In this document: in pieces, positions 13,601-25,600 of the stretch
Position numbering within the stretch: the first letter of the stretch is position 1
Layout of the letters: each line of letters opens with the position of its first letter
NCBI GenBank assembly: GCA_963514005.1
Contig: OY740782.1
Location: 48,484,001 to 48,548,000 of the forward strand
Length of the DNA stretch: 64,000 nt
Direction: 5' to 3'
Source: Raja brachyura
Lineage: Eukaryota
Made by a program: the position numbers and the translations under genes
Notes under the pieces: generated by a model
What the model was told of the DNA's origin: nothing
What the model saw: only the letters and a program-made list of their open reading frames with translations
Database searches by the model: none

Positions 13601-16600
13601 ATCTTTGTGATAATAAAAAGATGAAGACTTGAAAATTGCAGGAGAATTTCTGGATGTTGCAAGCTTTACCTGAAGCATTGATGAGTGAAGAACCTATTGA
13701 CTGAACAGCTCGAGGAATTCTTCTCTGAGGTCTTCCTGCTGATAACTGCTCTTCAGGAACTGGAAAGGGGAATGGACCCTTTAAAGTAGTCATTCTTCCT
13801 ATTCTGTTTGTTGCGTTGGTTAGGGAGGTATGAATTGGAGTAACAGGGAAAGTTGAAACTGTAGTGGTGCTGGTAACATTACCAGAATTATTTTGACCAA
13901 ATGGACCAATCCAAGAACTGTGAGTGCTTTTGATTTTGTAACTGGCTGTGGATTGAATGCTGGAGTGAATAGTTGCTGTCACTGATGTTTGTGTGCTGGT
14001 AGTCGCTTCACGTGCAGGAGAATCGTTAACCACAATGGGGCCATGCAAATTTGACTGCAAGCTGTCCACCACCAGTCTGCAGAAGGGAACTATAAAACAA
14101 ACATACAATATATTTAAATGTTTTTGCCTGACATGAGGGAAAGATCAATGGATTAATCTTAAATTACTGAATTATATATTTTTTGGGCAAATCATGATTA
14201 GTTTACCTTCACTTTTATTTAGAATGTCAGCATTACATTTGCTGATATACTTAGCAATAAAAAACAAATCGACTGATATCATCACGTCATTGACTATTCA
14301 CTTGATTACAGAAATATTAATTAAATTTGTTTTTAGAATTGTAGTGTTTTGAAGATAGTGGGATGTTCTGGAACACTTTATGTGACTGACCTTCAAAAAG
14401 TTCTGTCTCTGTTGAATTCACAAGGAATAACTTCCAAGAATATGAAAGATTCACAGTTTCTGAGCACTCCTCACACACAGCTTTCAGAGAAAATGCATCA
14501 TTCCAATTGACTGAATTATTCACACAGTCAACACAAAAGAGTTTTACCAGCCTGTAAAAAGTATCGTGGGTTACAAAGATTACAGATATTAGTCAGCAGT
14601 AAAATATAATTTAAACAAGGTAACTGAGAAAACTCTCATCAACTTGCAGCAGTCTCAAATTGACCATAGCTTATTTAAGACAGATTTTCTTTATATCCAG
14701 TTGTGCATCTTTATTTGTTCAATGTTTGTACATGTTGCTGAGTCAGCATTTACTGCTATCCTCTGAATTCCCTTGAACTGCCTGGCTTCCCAGACCATTT
14801 CATTGGGCATTTAAGAGTCAGCAGATTGTGTATCTGGATCACATGTTGAACAGAAAATGTCATTCCCCACAGTCAGTTTATGATAATCTGATGGTTTCAA
14901 ATTCTCCATTAATAAATCATTTTTTAAATTTCAGATTTAATTTAATTCTTTAATTTAAATTTCCCATTGTCATGGTGGATTTTGAATTTACATTTGGATC
15001 GTAGATGCCCTGCGGTATTAGTTCAGTAAATTAAACTGTTAAAATGTATTTAAGTGTTTTGAAATAAATTGGATTGTATGGATTAAGAGCATCTTGATAC
15101 TGAATAGCAAGTTGCAAAATGAAGAACCAGAAATTAGATTCTAATTCGATAATTTTAACAGATCAATTGTTTCGAGGAGTATATGTGTTGAGCCACAGGA
15201 GAAGGGTCAGGTGTTAAATGAATCGTTCTGATCTGTATTTACTAAGAAGTTAGTCATGGAATCAAAGGAATTGAGGGAATAGTCAGCACAGATGTGTGCA
15301 TTGTCAATGACATCTCAGAACTTGACAGTTTTTTTGAAGAGGTCACCAAAGGGATTGCCAAAGGTGGTTGAGGTCTTTATGGACTTTAACAAGACTTTTG
15401 ACAGGATCACATATGGTAGGCTAGTCCAGAAGGTTAGATCACATGGGTGAGCCAGGATCCAGGATTCAAAATTGTCTTGTAGGAAGGAGTCACAGGGTGG
15501 TAGTGGAGAGTTGTTTCCCTCAACGTAGGCTGCTGCTATCTCCTGCAAAGATCTTCATTAAGGCTTCTGCAATCTCCTTGCTGTAGTTTCATAACTCACA
15601 AAGGCACATTTTACATTGTGACGGATCCTGATATTTCATTTAGTTGTTCATTTTTGCATAATTTGTTATATTTTGGAAAATTAACTTTACCACAGGGAGG
15701 CAAACAGAAAGCTCAGTTATTTTTGAGGGTTACACAAAAAGCTGGAGAAACTCAGCGGGTGCAGCAGCATCTAAGGAGCGAAGGAGATAGGCGACGTTTC
15801 GGGTCGAGACCCTTCTTCAGGCTGGTCAGGGATCAGGGAAACGAGAGATATAAACAGTGATGTGGAGAGATAAGGAACAATGAGTGAAAGGTATGCAAAA
15901 AAGTATTGGTGATAAAGGAAGCAGGCCATTGTAAGCTGTTTGTGTTGTGAAAATGAGAAGCTAGTGCGACTGGGGGGGGGGGGAAATGGAGAAGGAATGT
16001 CAGGGCCAGAGGGCTGAGGGAGAGGTGGGGGGGGAGGCAGTCTGGGTTAACAGAATTGAGAAAATTCAATGTTTAAGCCCAGAGGATGCAGACTCCCCAA
16101 GCGGAATATGAGGTGCTGTTCCTCCAACTTGCGGTGTTGATCACTCTGGCCGTGGAGGAGGCCCAGGACCGAGAGGTCGGATACGGAGTGGGAGGGGGAG
16201 CTGAAGTGCTGAGCCACCGGGAGGTCGGGTTGGTTATTGCGGACCGAGCGGAGGTGTTCGGCGAAACGATCGCCCAGCCTCCGCTTGGTCTCACCGATGT
16301 AGATCAGCTGGCATCTGGAGCAACGGATGCAGTAGATGAGGTTGGAGGAGGTGCAGGTGAACCTCTGTCGGACTTGGAATGACTGCTTGGGGCCCTGAAA
16401 GGAGTGGATGGGGGAGGTGAAGGAACAAGTGTAGCATCTCTTGCGGTTGCAAGGGAAAGTGCCCGGGGAAGGAGTGGAGCGGGAGGGAAGGGAAGAATTG
16501 ACGAGGGAGTTGCGGAGGGAGCGGTCTTTGCGGAAGGCAGACAGGGGGGGAGATAGGAAGATGTGGCGAGTGGAGGGGTCACGTTGGAGGTGACGAAACT

Positions 16601-19600
16601 GGCGGAGGACTATCTGTTGTATGCGCTGGCTGGTGGGGTGAAAGGTGAGGACCAGGGGGACTCGGCCCTTGTTGTGAGTGGGGGAATGGGGAGAGAGGGC
16701 AGTGTTGCGGGGTATGGAAGAGACCCTGGTGCGAGCCTCATCTATAGTGGGGGAGGGGAAACCCCGTTCTCTGAAGAACGAGGACATTTGCGATGACCTG
16801 GTGTGGAACACGTCATCCTGGGAGCAGATGCAGCGTAGACGGAGGAATTGGGAATAGGGGATGGAGTCCTTACAGGAAGCAGGGTGGGAGGAAGTGTAGT
16901 CCAGGTAGCTGTGGGAGTCAGTTGGTTTGTAGTGGATGTCAGTCAGGAGTGTATCACCTGCAATAGAGATGGTGAGGTCAAGGAATGGTAGGGAAATGTC
17001 GGAAATGGTCCAAGTATATTTGAGTGCCGGATGGAAGTTGGTGGTGAAATGGATGAAGTCAGTCAGTTCTGCGTGGGTGCAGGAGGTGACACCAAAGCAG
17101 TCGTCAATGTAACGGAGGTAAAGGTCGGGGGTGGGGCCCTGGTACGCCGAGAACAAAGATTGTTCGACGTGCCCGACAAAGAGGCAGTCGTAGCTAGGGC
17201 CCATGCGTGTGCCCATAGCTACGCCTTGTGTTTGGAGGAAATGGGAGGAGTCAAAAGAGAAGTTGTTGAGGGTAAGGACCAACTCCGCTAGGCGGAGGAG
17301 GGTGTCAGTGGATGGGTATGGGTTGCTCCTCTGGTCGAGGAAGTACCGGAGGGCTTTGAGACCATCCTGGTGGGGGATGCAGGTGTATAGTGACTGGACG
17401 TCCATGGTGAAGATGAGAGGATGGGGGCCTGGACAGCGGAATGTGCGGAGCCGACGGAGAGTGTCTGAGGTGTCTTGAACATAGGTGGGGAGGGATTTAA
17501 CAAAGGGGGATAGGATGGAGTCAAGGTATGTGGAAATGTGTTCGGTGGGGCACGAACAGGCAGAGACAATGGGTCTGCCGGGGCAGTCGGGTTTGTGGAT
17601 TTTGGGGAGAAGGTAAAATCGGGCTGTGCGGGGCTGGGGAACGATGAGGTTGGAGGCTCGGGGGGGTAGGGAGCCGGAGTTGATGAAGCCGGTTATGGTG
17701 CTCGAGATGGTGGCCTGGTGCACGTCAGTGGGGTCATGGTCCAGGGGTAAGTAGGAGGAGGTGTCCGAGAGTTGGCGCGTGGCCTCTGCTTTGTAGAGAT
17801 CGACGCGCTCAGAGATAACAAGATCAGTTATTTTTGATCTTGACAGAGATTACTCACGTTTTTAAGTCAACCATTAATTGACCGCTAAGTTGAAGGTCAG
17901 ATATGCTCATGATATATATCAGTAACATGTGGTAAAAATTATGAATTGATCCTAGTGTGTAGGATAGTGTTAGTGTACGGGGTGATCGCAGGTCGAAGGG
18001 CCTGTTTCTGCACTCTATCTCAAAAGTCTAAAGTAAAATATTATGCAAACTTTTTTTTGTGTTGGGACCACACTCTGCAGCCTGTTAGTCAGCAAATACC
18101 ATCTCCCACTGGGCTCCCATGGATATTTTTGGTGCTTTGTTACAAATCACTAGATTGCGAAAGGGAGAGACGTAACCTCCCAAATCTTAGATACATTTCG
18201 ATATGCGTAAGGTGCTTTAGCAGGCATTTTCCCAACAATAATTGGAACACCATGATATTTGTGAACTTGCCTTAAATGATCTTCTTTCTTAACTGTTATA
18301 AACAGAAGCGCTTCTGAAGAATTTCTGTTATCACTGCTAACTGTTAACTTGAAAAGAAACTGGTCAATGTCAGCTTTTAGGGTCGACAGTGGGACCTTGA
18401 TTATACTGGAAGTTGTGTCCAAAGATTTGTTCAGATTATGTCTGAAACAAGGGATATCCAAGCTACTCACTGTTTCACAGGACCAGAAAAATCTGTGAAG
18501 AGTTGACAGAGGTAAAATAAATTTAATGTATACAACAGAATAAATTACAATTTAAAAATTAACTTTTACAAACCATTAAGTTACCTGATAAGAAAGAATT
18601 GCGTGAGAAATTCATTTTAATTGCTAGTGTTAAAGCATAGCGAGGGCATTGGCTGCTGATTGTACTCAGCTGCGTACATTCAGTTCCAGTAACTTTACTG
18701 GAAATTCATGTCTGAGATACAAGTGTGGCTAACTGTTAAGACACTGTCAACTTCGAATGCTAGTGAAGAAAAACAAATTTCTCCTGTTAAGTTTAATTGA
18801 TTTCTAGATATTTTCAAAGGGGAAGAAGAAATAAGAAGGTAAATGTGCAATTTCAAATTGAGTGCTGGAAGGGAGAGGCTCACGTCATGGGTATTGAAGC
18901 GAATGGGATGGGCTTTCCCGAGATTAAAATGGCACTGAACAACAAGAAGCTAAATGGATACATATATACTCTCCGATCTCTGAGTCCCTCATTCCCCTTT
19001 TATTCCCTCCCCCGTCCCTTTCACAAATCCCTCCCTCTGGTTTTACATTTCACCTCATCCGACACCCTTCAAAACCTATTCCACCCATTTGACATAATTT
19101 GCAGACACAAAAAGATGGAGTGACTCAGCGGGACACTCAGCAACAAGAGAGAAGGAATGGGTGACCTTTCAGGTCGAGACCCTTCTTCACCCTGAGAGGC
19201 AGGGAGAGGGAGTCAGAAGATATTGAAGTGTAACATGTGAAAACGACAGATCAAAGCAGATGAAGATAAGGAAATGTAGAATGGTTCATTGTTAGGTGAG
19301 GAGAAGGTGACCATGCGGAATACAATCAGCAATATTTAATCAGGAGGACAGTAGAACTAGTCGGAGAACTAGGATGGGGGAAGGGACGGAGAGGGAAAGC
19401 AAAGGTTACTTGAAGTTAGAGAAATAAATATACATACCGTTGCATTGCAAGTTGCCCAAGCAAAATACACCTGTCATTTGGCAGTCATTGTCCCTCCCCC
19501 AACTCCCTTTTCCAACTTTCTCCCCACTATTACAATCAGTTTGAAAAAGGGTTCCGACCCAAAACGTCATCACTCCATTCTGACCACTGATGTTGCCTGA

Positions 19601-22600
19601 CCTGCTGAGTTCCTCCAGCACCTTGTGTTTTACTCAAGGAGCGAAATCGAGCAGTGGGTAAACTTTTATCGATAAGTGGAGAGGGGAAGACGGGGCCGGT
19701 ACACAAGATTCAGTTTCTGTGGCATTGGAAGATGAATGCAAACTTTCTTTGCCACATAGTGTAAAGCTGCATCTTCCATACAGAAAGAATTTGTCTGTCA
19801 ACTTTTAACTAAACAATGTTGCAATATATGCATCGAGCAGTTAATCAAGTGCTACAAAATTTAAAAGGGACACACATCTAATAATATATAGACACAAGGA
19901 AATGCAGATGCTGATTTACAAAAAAAAAAGCTCAGAAGTGCAAGGGTAATTCAGCGTGTCAGGCAGCATCTCTGGAGAACATGGATAGGTAACGTTTCTG
20001 GTCGGGACCCATCTGCAGACCGATTGCAGTTGAGGGGAAGAAAGCTGGAAGAGAGATGGGGTGGGACAAACCCTGGCAAGTGATAGGTGGATAAATGTAA
20101 GGGGGATTTTGATTGGCGGTTGATTGGACAAAGGCCAAAAATGAAAAGACAAAAGGTGGTGAGATAAGGAGAGAACAGCTGTAAGATGTGATGCTAGAGG
20201 AAGGAATATAGGTGGAAAGAAATGGTGGGAGGGAAGGGGAAAGGGAGAAATGTCTGTGCATTCAGACGGAGCACAGAGACGGGGGGGGGGGGGGGGGGGG
20301 GCAATCAGTACAAGAGATGCTGCTCCTCCAGTTTGCATGTGGCCTTGCTCTGACAAGGGAGGAGGCCAAGGATAGAAAGGTCAGGATGGGAATGGGAAGG
20401 GAGTTAAGATGGTTATCAATGAGGAGAAGTAACAATGTGTGGACTGAGCACAAATGTTCAGCAAAATAGTCGCCTAGTCTATGATCGATCTCACCGATGT
20501 AAAAGAGGCCACATTGCACTTGTTGAGACAGAGGTTCTGTCTTTTAAAATGGCTTTTAAATCATTTTCATCCTCGTTGAATGTGCAATAAATGCCACTTA
20601 ACATTGCCGATTTAATGTTCTTGTTGAAGGATTCTACATCTTTCCTGTTCTCCTGGGCTGACTCTTACATTCCTTTCTATACTAATGGTTTGCTTTCCAT
20701 GGAGACTTGCACTGCCATGCATTTGCTCAACCCAGTACATCGTGAATGGCCTTTCGGAGGTCATTTAGATATCATAACATCTCTCATAGAGTCATATAAG
20801 TCATTGAGTGATACAGTGTAGAAACAGGCCCTTCGGCCCAACTTGCCCACGACGGCCAACATGTCCATGCTACACTCTCACAAAGCCTCTCGTCTTCCTC
20901 ATCCAGATATCCGCAGACTTCCTACCATTGATTCTGATGGAAGGCCTACATGACTTGACCATGAAGAACAATAGCATCTTATATGGGCTGAACCAAACAT
21001 GCAATTTTATACTTCATTTAAAATGACGTTAAGTTTAAAATTTCAAAAGCTGCCCATCACCAAAACCAACTCTTTCAAGCACCTCAACATCATTCAACCT
21101 CGACTGCGTGATCCTTAGCTGAATGTTTTCTTCACAAATCCTATTTATTTTTTATACTGAGATCTTTTTGTGTCAAATGTATTTTCTAAGTGCAGGTTTT
21201 GGCTACTTTTTCTGTACGACTGGTTCTTGAGCCTTGTTCCAATTATGACTCACCTTAGGTCTGAAGTGCCTGGGTAATCTGGATCATATGATTCTGATCC
21301 ATTCAAACTGATGATGGATTGATGCTTGTTACTTATGAAGAGGTGTGTGCCACCTGAAATCACACTCACTGGCGGAGTAGCAAGGATTGCAACACTTACA
21401 GTGTAGTTATTGTAAACCACACTGCCAACAATTTGAACCTGCATTTGGGAAGAAATTTTAAGAGCATTTGTGAGCTGTAAATTGCACAATTAAGTCTACT
21501 CATCTGCAAAATTGATAAGATTTTTGAGTATTTTTTTTCCATGACTATTTTAACTTATTTCTTACTAATAACATAAATGATAAATAGAGCAATAAATGTT
21601 TAAGTTGGAAATTAAATAAAAAATAAAATACCCCACATTACTACTATTTTGTAGTCAAATCATGATTTCAGTAAATATTAACAAAACTAAATTCAAATTC
21701 CCTTTTATTATTTTTATTTCTGAAGTTAACTCAGTATGAATGCCTTCAGTGTAGGACTGAAAGAATACCATGTTGTCTGAATCCTCGTCTTCAAATGAGA
21801 TATTAAACCACACCTTAAGTGCTGCACACCTAAATCATCTACTTTTGAAGGGTCACGTTTATGATGTAGGTAAAGTAGCTCCAATTTTACGTAGCAGAAT
21901 TAAGTGAGAAAGTAGTAATGTCTGGTTACAGATGTGTGCTTCACTACAAATCTGAAATCATGATCTTCATATTTTAAAATGTCTCCTGGATTTTCTCGAC
22001 CAATTATTCAAAACATTTCAATAACATTGGTATCATTTTCCAGACCAAGTAACATGCTATTTTCCTCTTATAAAAAAATATTTTGAAACAGCTGCTATTA
22101 AATTAGAAGTCTTGTCATGATACCGCAATCATTTTATGTTTTCAAACATTTCTTACCCTGGCAATTGCAAGGTAGAGTCCATAATTCAATAGATATCCTG
22201 GAATAATTATAAGTTGTTTATTAACATCAACCTGTGCAAGTGTGACCAGCGAACCATCTTGTTCAAAGAAGGACCAACTGTATTGTATTCCACTTGAGAT
22301 ATTACAGACAAACTCACTCTCAAATGTAACCCCAAGGTTGAAGGACTGGTATCTTCTAACCTGCAAGAAAGTTGATGCTTTTACCATAACATTTCCGAAA
22401 ATTAATAGGTTCATGACGATTTATTTAAGTTATTGTATGTAATGTGAGCCACACAGATTATACTTTCCTTTACTAACCTGTAATCTACATAATGAGCAGA
22501 TATTCTTATTCTTAAAATATTCCAATGTAGAAAACTGTTTGAGCTATTAACAGCGAATAGTAGAAGGCTTATTACTCCAGGTCTACTGAAGTGAATGAGT

Positions 22601-25600
22601 TACTTCCTGGTGGATGGATGTTCAACAGGTAGTCAATTGATACTGACGGGTATGTACACCACCTCACTTCCTGAAATCAATAACTAGCTCCTTTGTCTTT
22701 CTAATATTGTAGGGGATATTGTTGTCTTAATGCCATGTTACTCTCTCTTTCTGTATTGCATTTTGTCATTGTTTGAGATCCGGCCTTCTATAGTGGCGCC
22801 AGCTGCAAACTGGTAAATGTAGTTAGAACAGAATTTGGCTGCATTGTTGTCAGTGTACAGGGGAGTAAAGGGCTGAGAATGCATCCTGCCAGAGCACCGC
22901 CGTTGCTCATTTAACCAAAGGTTAAATTCCCCATTCTCACATGTAGTCCATTCTTTTTTATCATGACTCCTTCTTAGTTTTACCTCAGTACTGCATTCTA
23001 TCTTGATTCTTCAATTAAAAACACAGAAACTATTAGGACCAGGACATTTGACCCTTTGAACCTATTCTGCCATTCAAAATGATTGTGATTTATCTTAATC
23101 TTAATCCCTAATCTTAGACTGTGACCTTTAGTCCTGAACACTCTGACTGTGAGGAAGATCCTTGTTTCATCAAATTTGTTCAGTCATATTGCATGAAAAC
23201 AGACCATTCAGCCTGACATACTCATCCGACCAAGCTGCCCCACCTACAGTAGTCCAACCTGCTTGTGTTGTGCTTCAACTACCTTCTCTGGTAGCTCATT
23301 CCATATACCCACACCCTCTGTGTGAAGAGGTTGCCCCTTAGATTCCTTTCAAAACTTTCCCCTCTCACCTTTAAACCTAAATCCTTTGGTTCTTGATTCC
23401 CCTACTCTGGGTAAAAAACTCAATTTATCTCCTTGACCTATTCCCCTCATACACCTCATCCACCTGTACTCCAAGGAATAAAGTCCCAGCCTGCTGGAAT
23501 TTTGTAGGATTTGATGACATTTGCCTCTCAGTTTTCTGAACTCCCTCCATAGCAACACACCCTTCTTCAGATAAGAATCCTAAGACTGTACACGGCATTC
23601 AAGGTCTTGTCTCACTGAGCCAAGTACAATTATCTAATTATGTCGTAATGGGAAAGTAACAGATGGATAATATAGGAGTAACAGACTTTAATTCTAATCT
23701 CCTCAAGAGGATATCATAGTGCACCGTACCTCTATTTTTGATGGCCCATAGGTTTTCACTGGAGGAGGCTGACAATTCTCAGAAATGACAAAGAGCTGGC
23801 CAGAGATTACAGCTGAGCTCACATTGTTAAAGATGACGACTTCAACTGTAAATTCTCCTTCACTATAAACAAAAACAATAATAGAAGCATTAATTTCAAC
23901 CACAAAGCATCCATTTCTGCAATGAAGCTCGCACATGACAGATTATTTGAAAAGGCAGCTTTTCAGCATATGATGTGAATACTAGATTATTCTGTATTAG
24001 AGAGGTACAAGAATCAGAATTATAAATATTAGACCCCTTGATTTGATTTCTACTTATACAAGAGGTACAATGTTAATAATGCATATTATATGACTTTCTC
24101 TGGAACCACAGCTGAAACTCACAACAGCTTTGGGCTTCTAAATGTTATTTAGTTTAGCGCATTTTCAGAACTGCGTGATCAGCAGTCAAGACATTGAAAT
24201 GAAAGAAACTACAATGAAATCTATGAAATTTAACAGATTAGTTTTCACCAAAACACAAGGAGTGGAGGATGGTTACACTTGAATATTATGATTCAATCTC
24301 AGTCCCCAAGAGCACCTGGTCATGGAGCTTCAAAGGTCTTGGAATGGTCTACTATACCTGATTTGTGTTGGGATTAATCAGTTTCTCTGTTCCAAGTCCC
24401 TGAATCATGTGTTTTAAGCCACTGTCATTAAATTAGAATATTTCCTGATGCTGTACATGCCAGACCTCAACAAAGTGAACAGTCATTGCTGCTCTGTAAT
24501 TATGTCGTCCTAATTTCAAGAGAGAGTTAGATTTAGCTCTTGGGGCTAAAGGAATCAAGGGATATGGGGAAAAGCAGGAACAGGATACTGATTTTACTTC
24601 GGAGTCACGTGAGTGACTACGTGAAGAAGACCCGCCAGGCGCATGTTCGGCATTACGTCGACGCATGTGGCACCGACAGGGTGGGGAGCGCAGCTCCCAT
24701 CAGTGGTAAGTTTAACCCGCAGGTAAGTCAGTGTTGAACTTCTTGCGAGTGTTTTTTAAACTCTTTAAGTCTGCAGAGCCAGCTAGAGTGTATATGTATT
24801 GTGGAAAAAGGCTGATTTAAAAGCTGGTTCCCGCTATTTACCGTTATTTAGATCGGGTTAGGAGATAACGACTGCGCTAAATGCCGGCTCCAAATACCCA
24901 CAATGGTAAAATAAAGTCTGCTCTGTGTATATGTTACCAGATGCACTTTTCCTTTATGGAAATGTATATAACCCTGAGTGATACTGAGGTTAATAATAAT
25001 ATTCTGCAAGCAGAATGTGCCTCTCAGAATTATAATTTTAAAGGTATATGATTTATGCACAAATACAAAACAGTAAAGAAAGTAACTCTCCTCCAAGGGA
25101 GGACAAGAATGAGGGGAAGGCTGGAAATGGAGAAAATGCTCCACACTTGACTTAGTCAAGGGTTCTAAGACTTGACTTAGTCAAGGGTATGTCTTCCTGT
25201 AAGGCAAGCTCCAAAGGAGTTTCTATAGGCTGAGTATGGTGCCTATGAAAATGGAATTCTGATTCTCCAGTACCTTGGTTAGGTCTGGATGAGGTCACTA
25301 GAGCAAGATAAAATGCTCAAAATTCTAATCAGTCAAGGGTTTTAAAGACCCATGAGATTCTATGGCATGGAGTTTCCATACACTAAGTATGGTGCCTATA
25401 AAGAATGAGAATCTCATTCACCAGTGCCTTGTATAGGTCTGGATGAAGTCCTTAGAGCAAGATAAAATGCTCAAAACTCTAAACAATTAAGGGTTTTAAG
25501 ACCCATGAGATTCTAAGGCAGGCTCCGAAGGAGTTTCCATACAATGGTGCCTATGAAGAATGAGAATCTCATTCACCAGTGCCTTGCATAGGTCTGGATG

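Larger units (their letters stand above)
15730..17808 (-). mobile_element. Penelope-like element (Neptune type), 5'-truncated, young
   Basis: Uninterrupted RT + Cys linker + GIY-YIG frame; 3' terminal region 15730-15830; TCAGTTATTTTTGA on both sides (15713-15726, 17824-17837). Confidence 0.93.

Noticed and set aside
16073-17569. Alternative-frame and antisense ORFs within Penelope
   Set aside because: Shadows of the C-rich main ORF.
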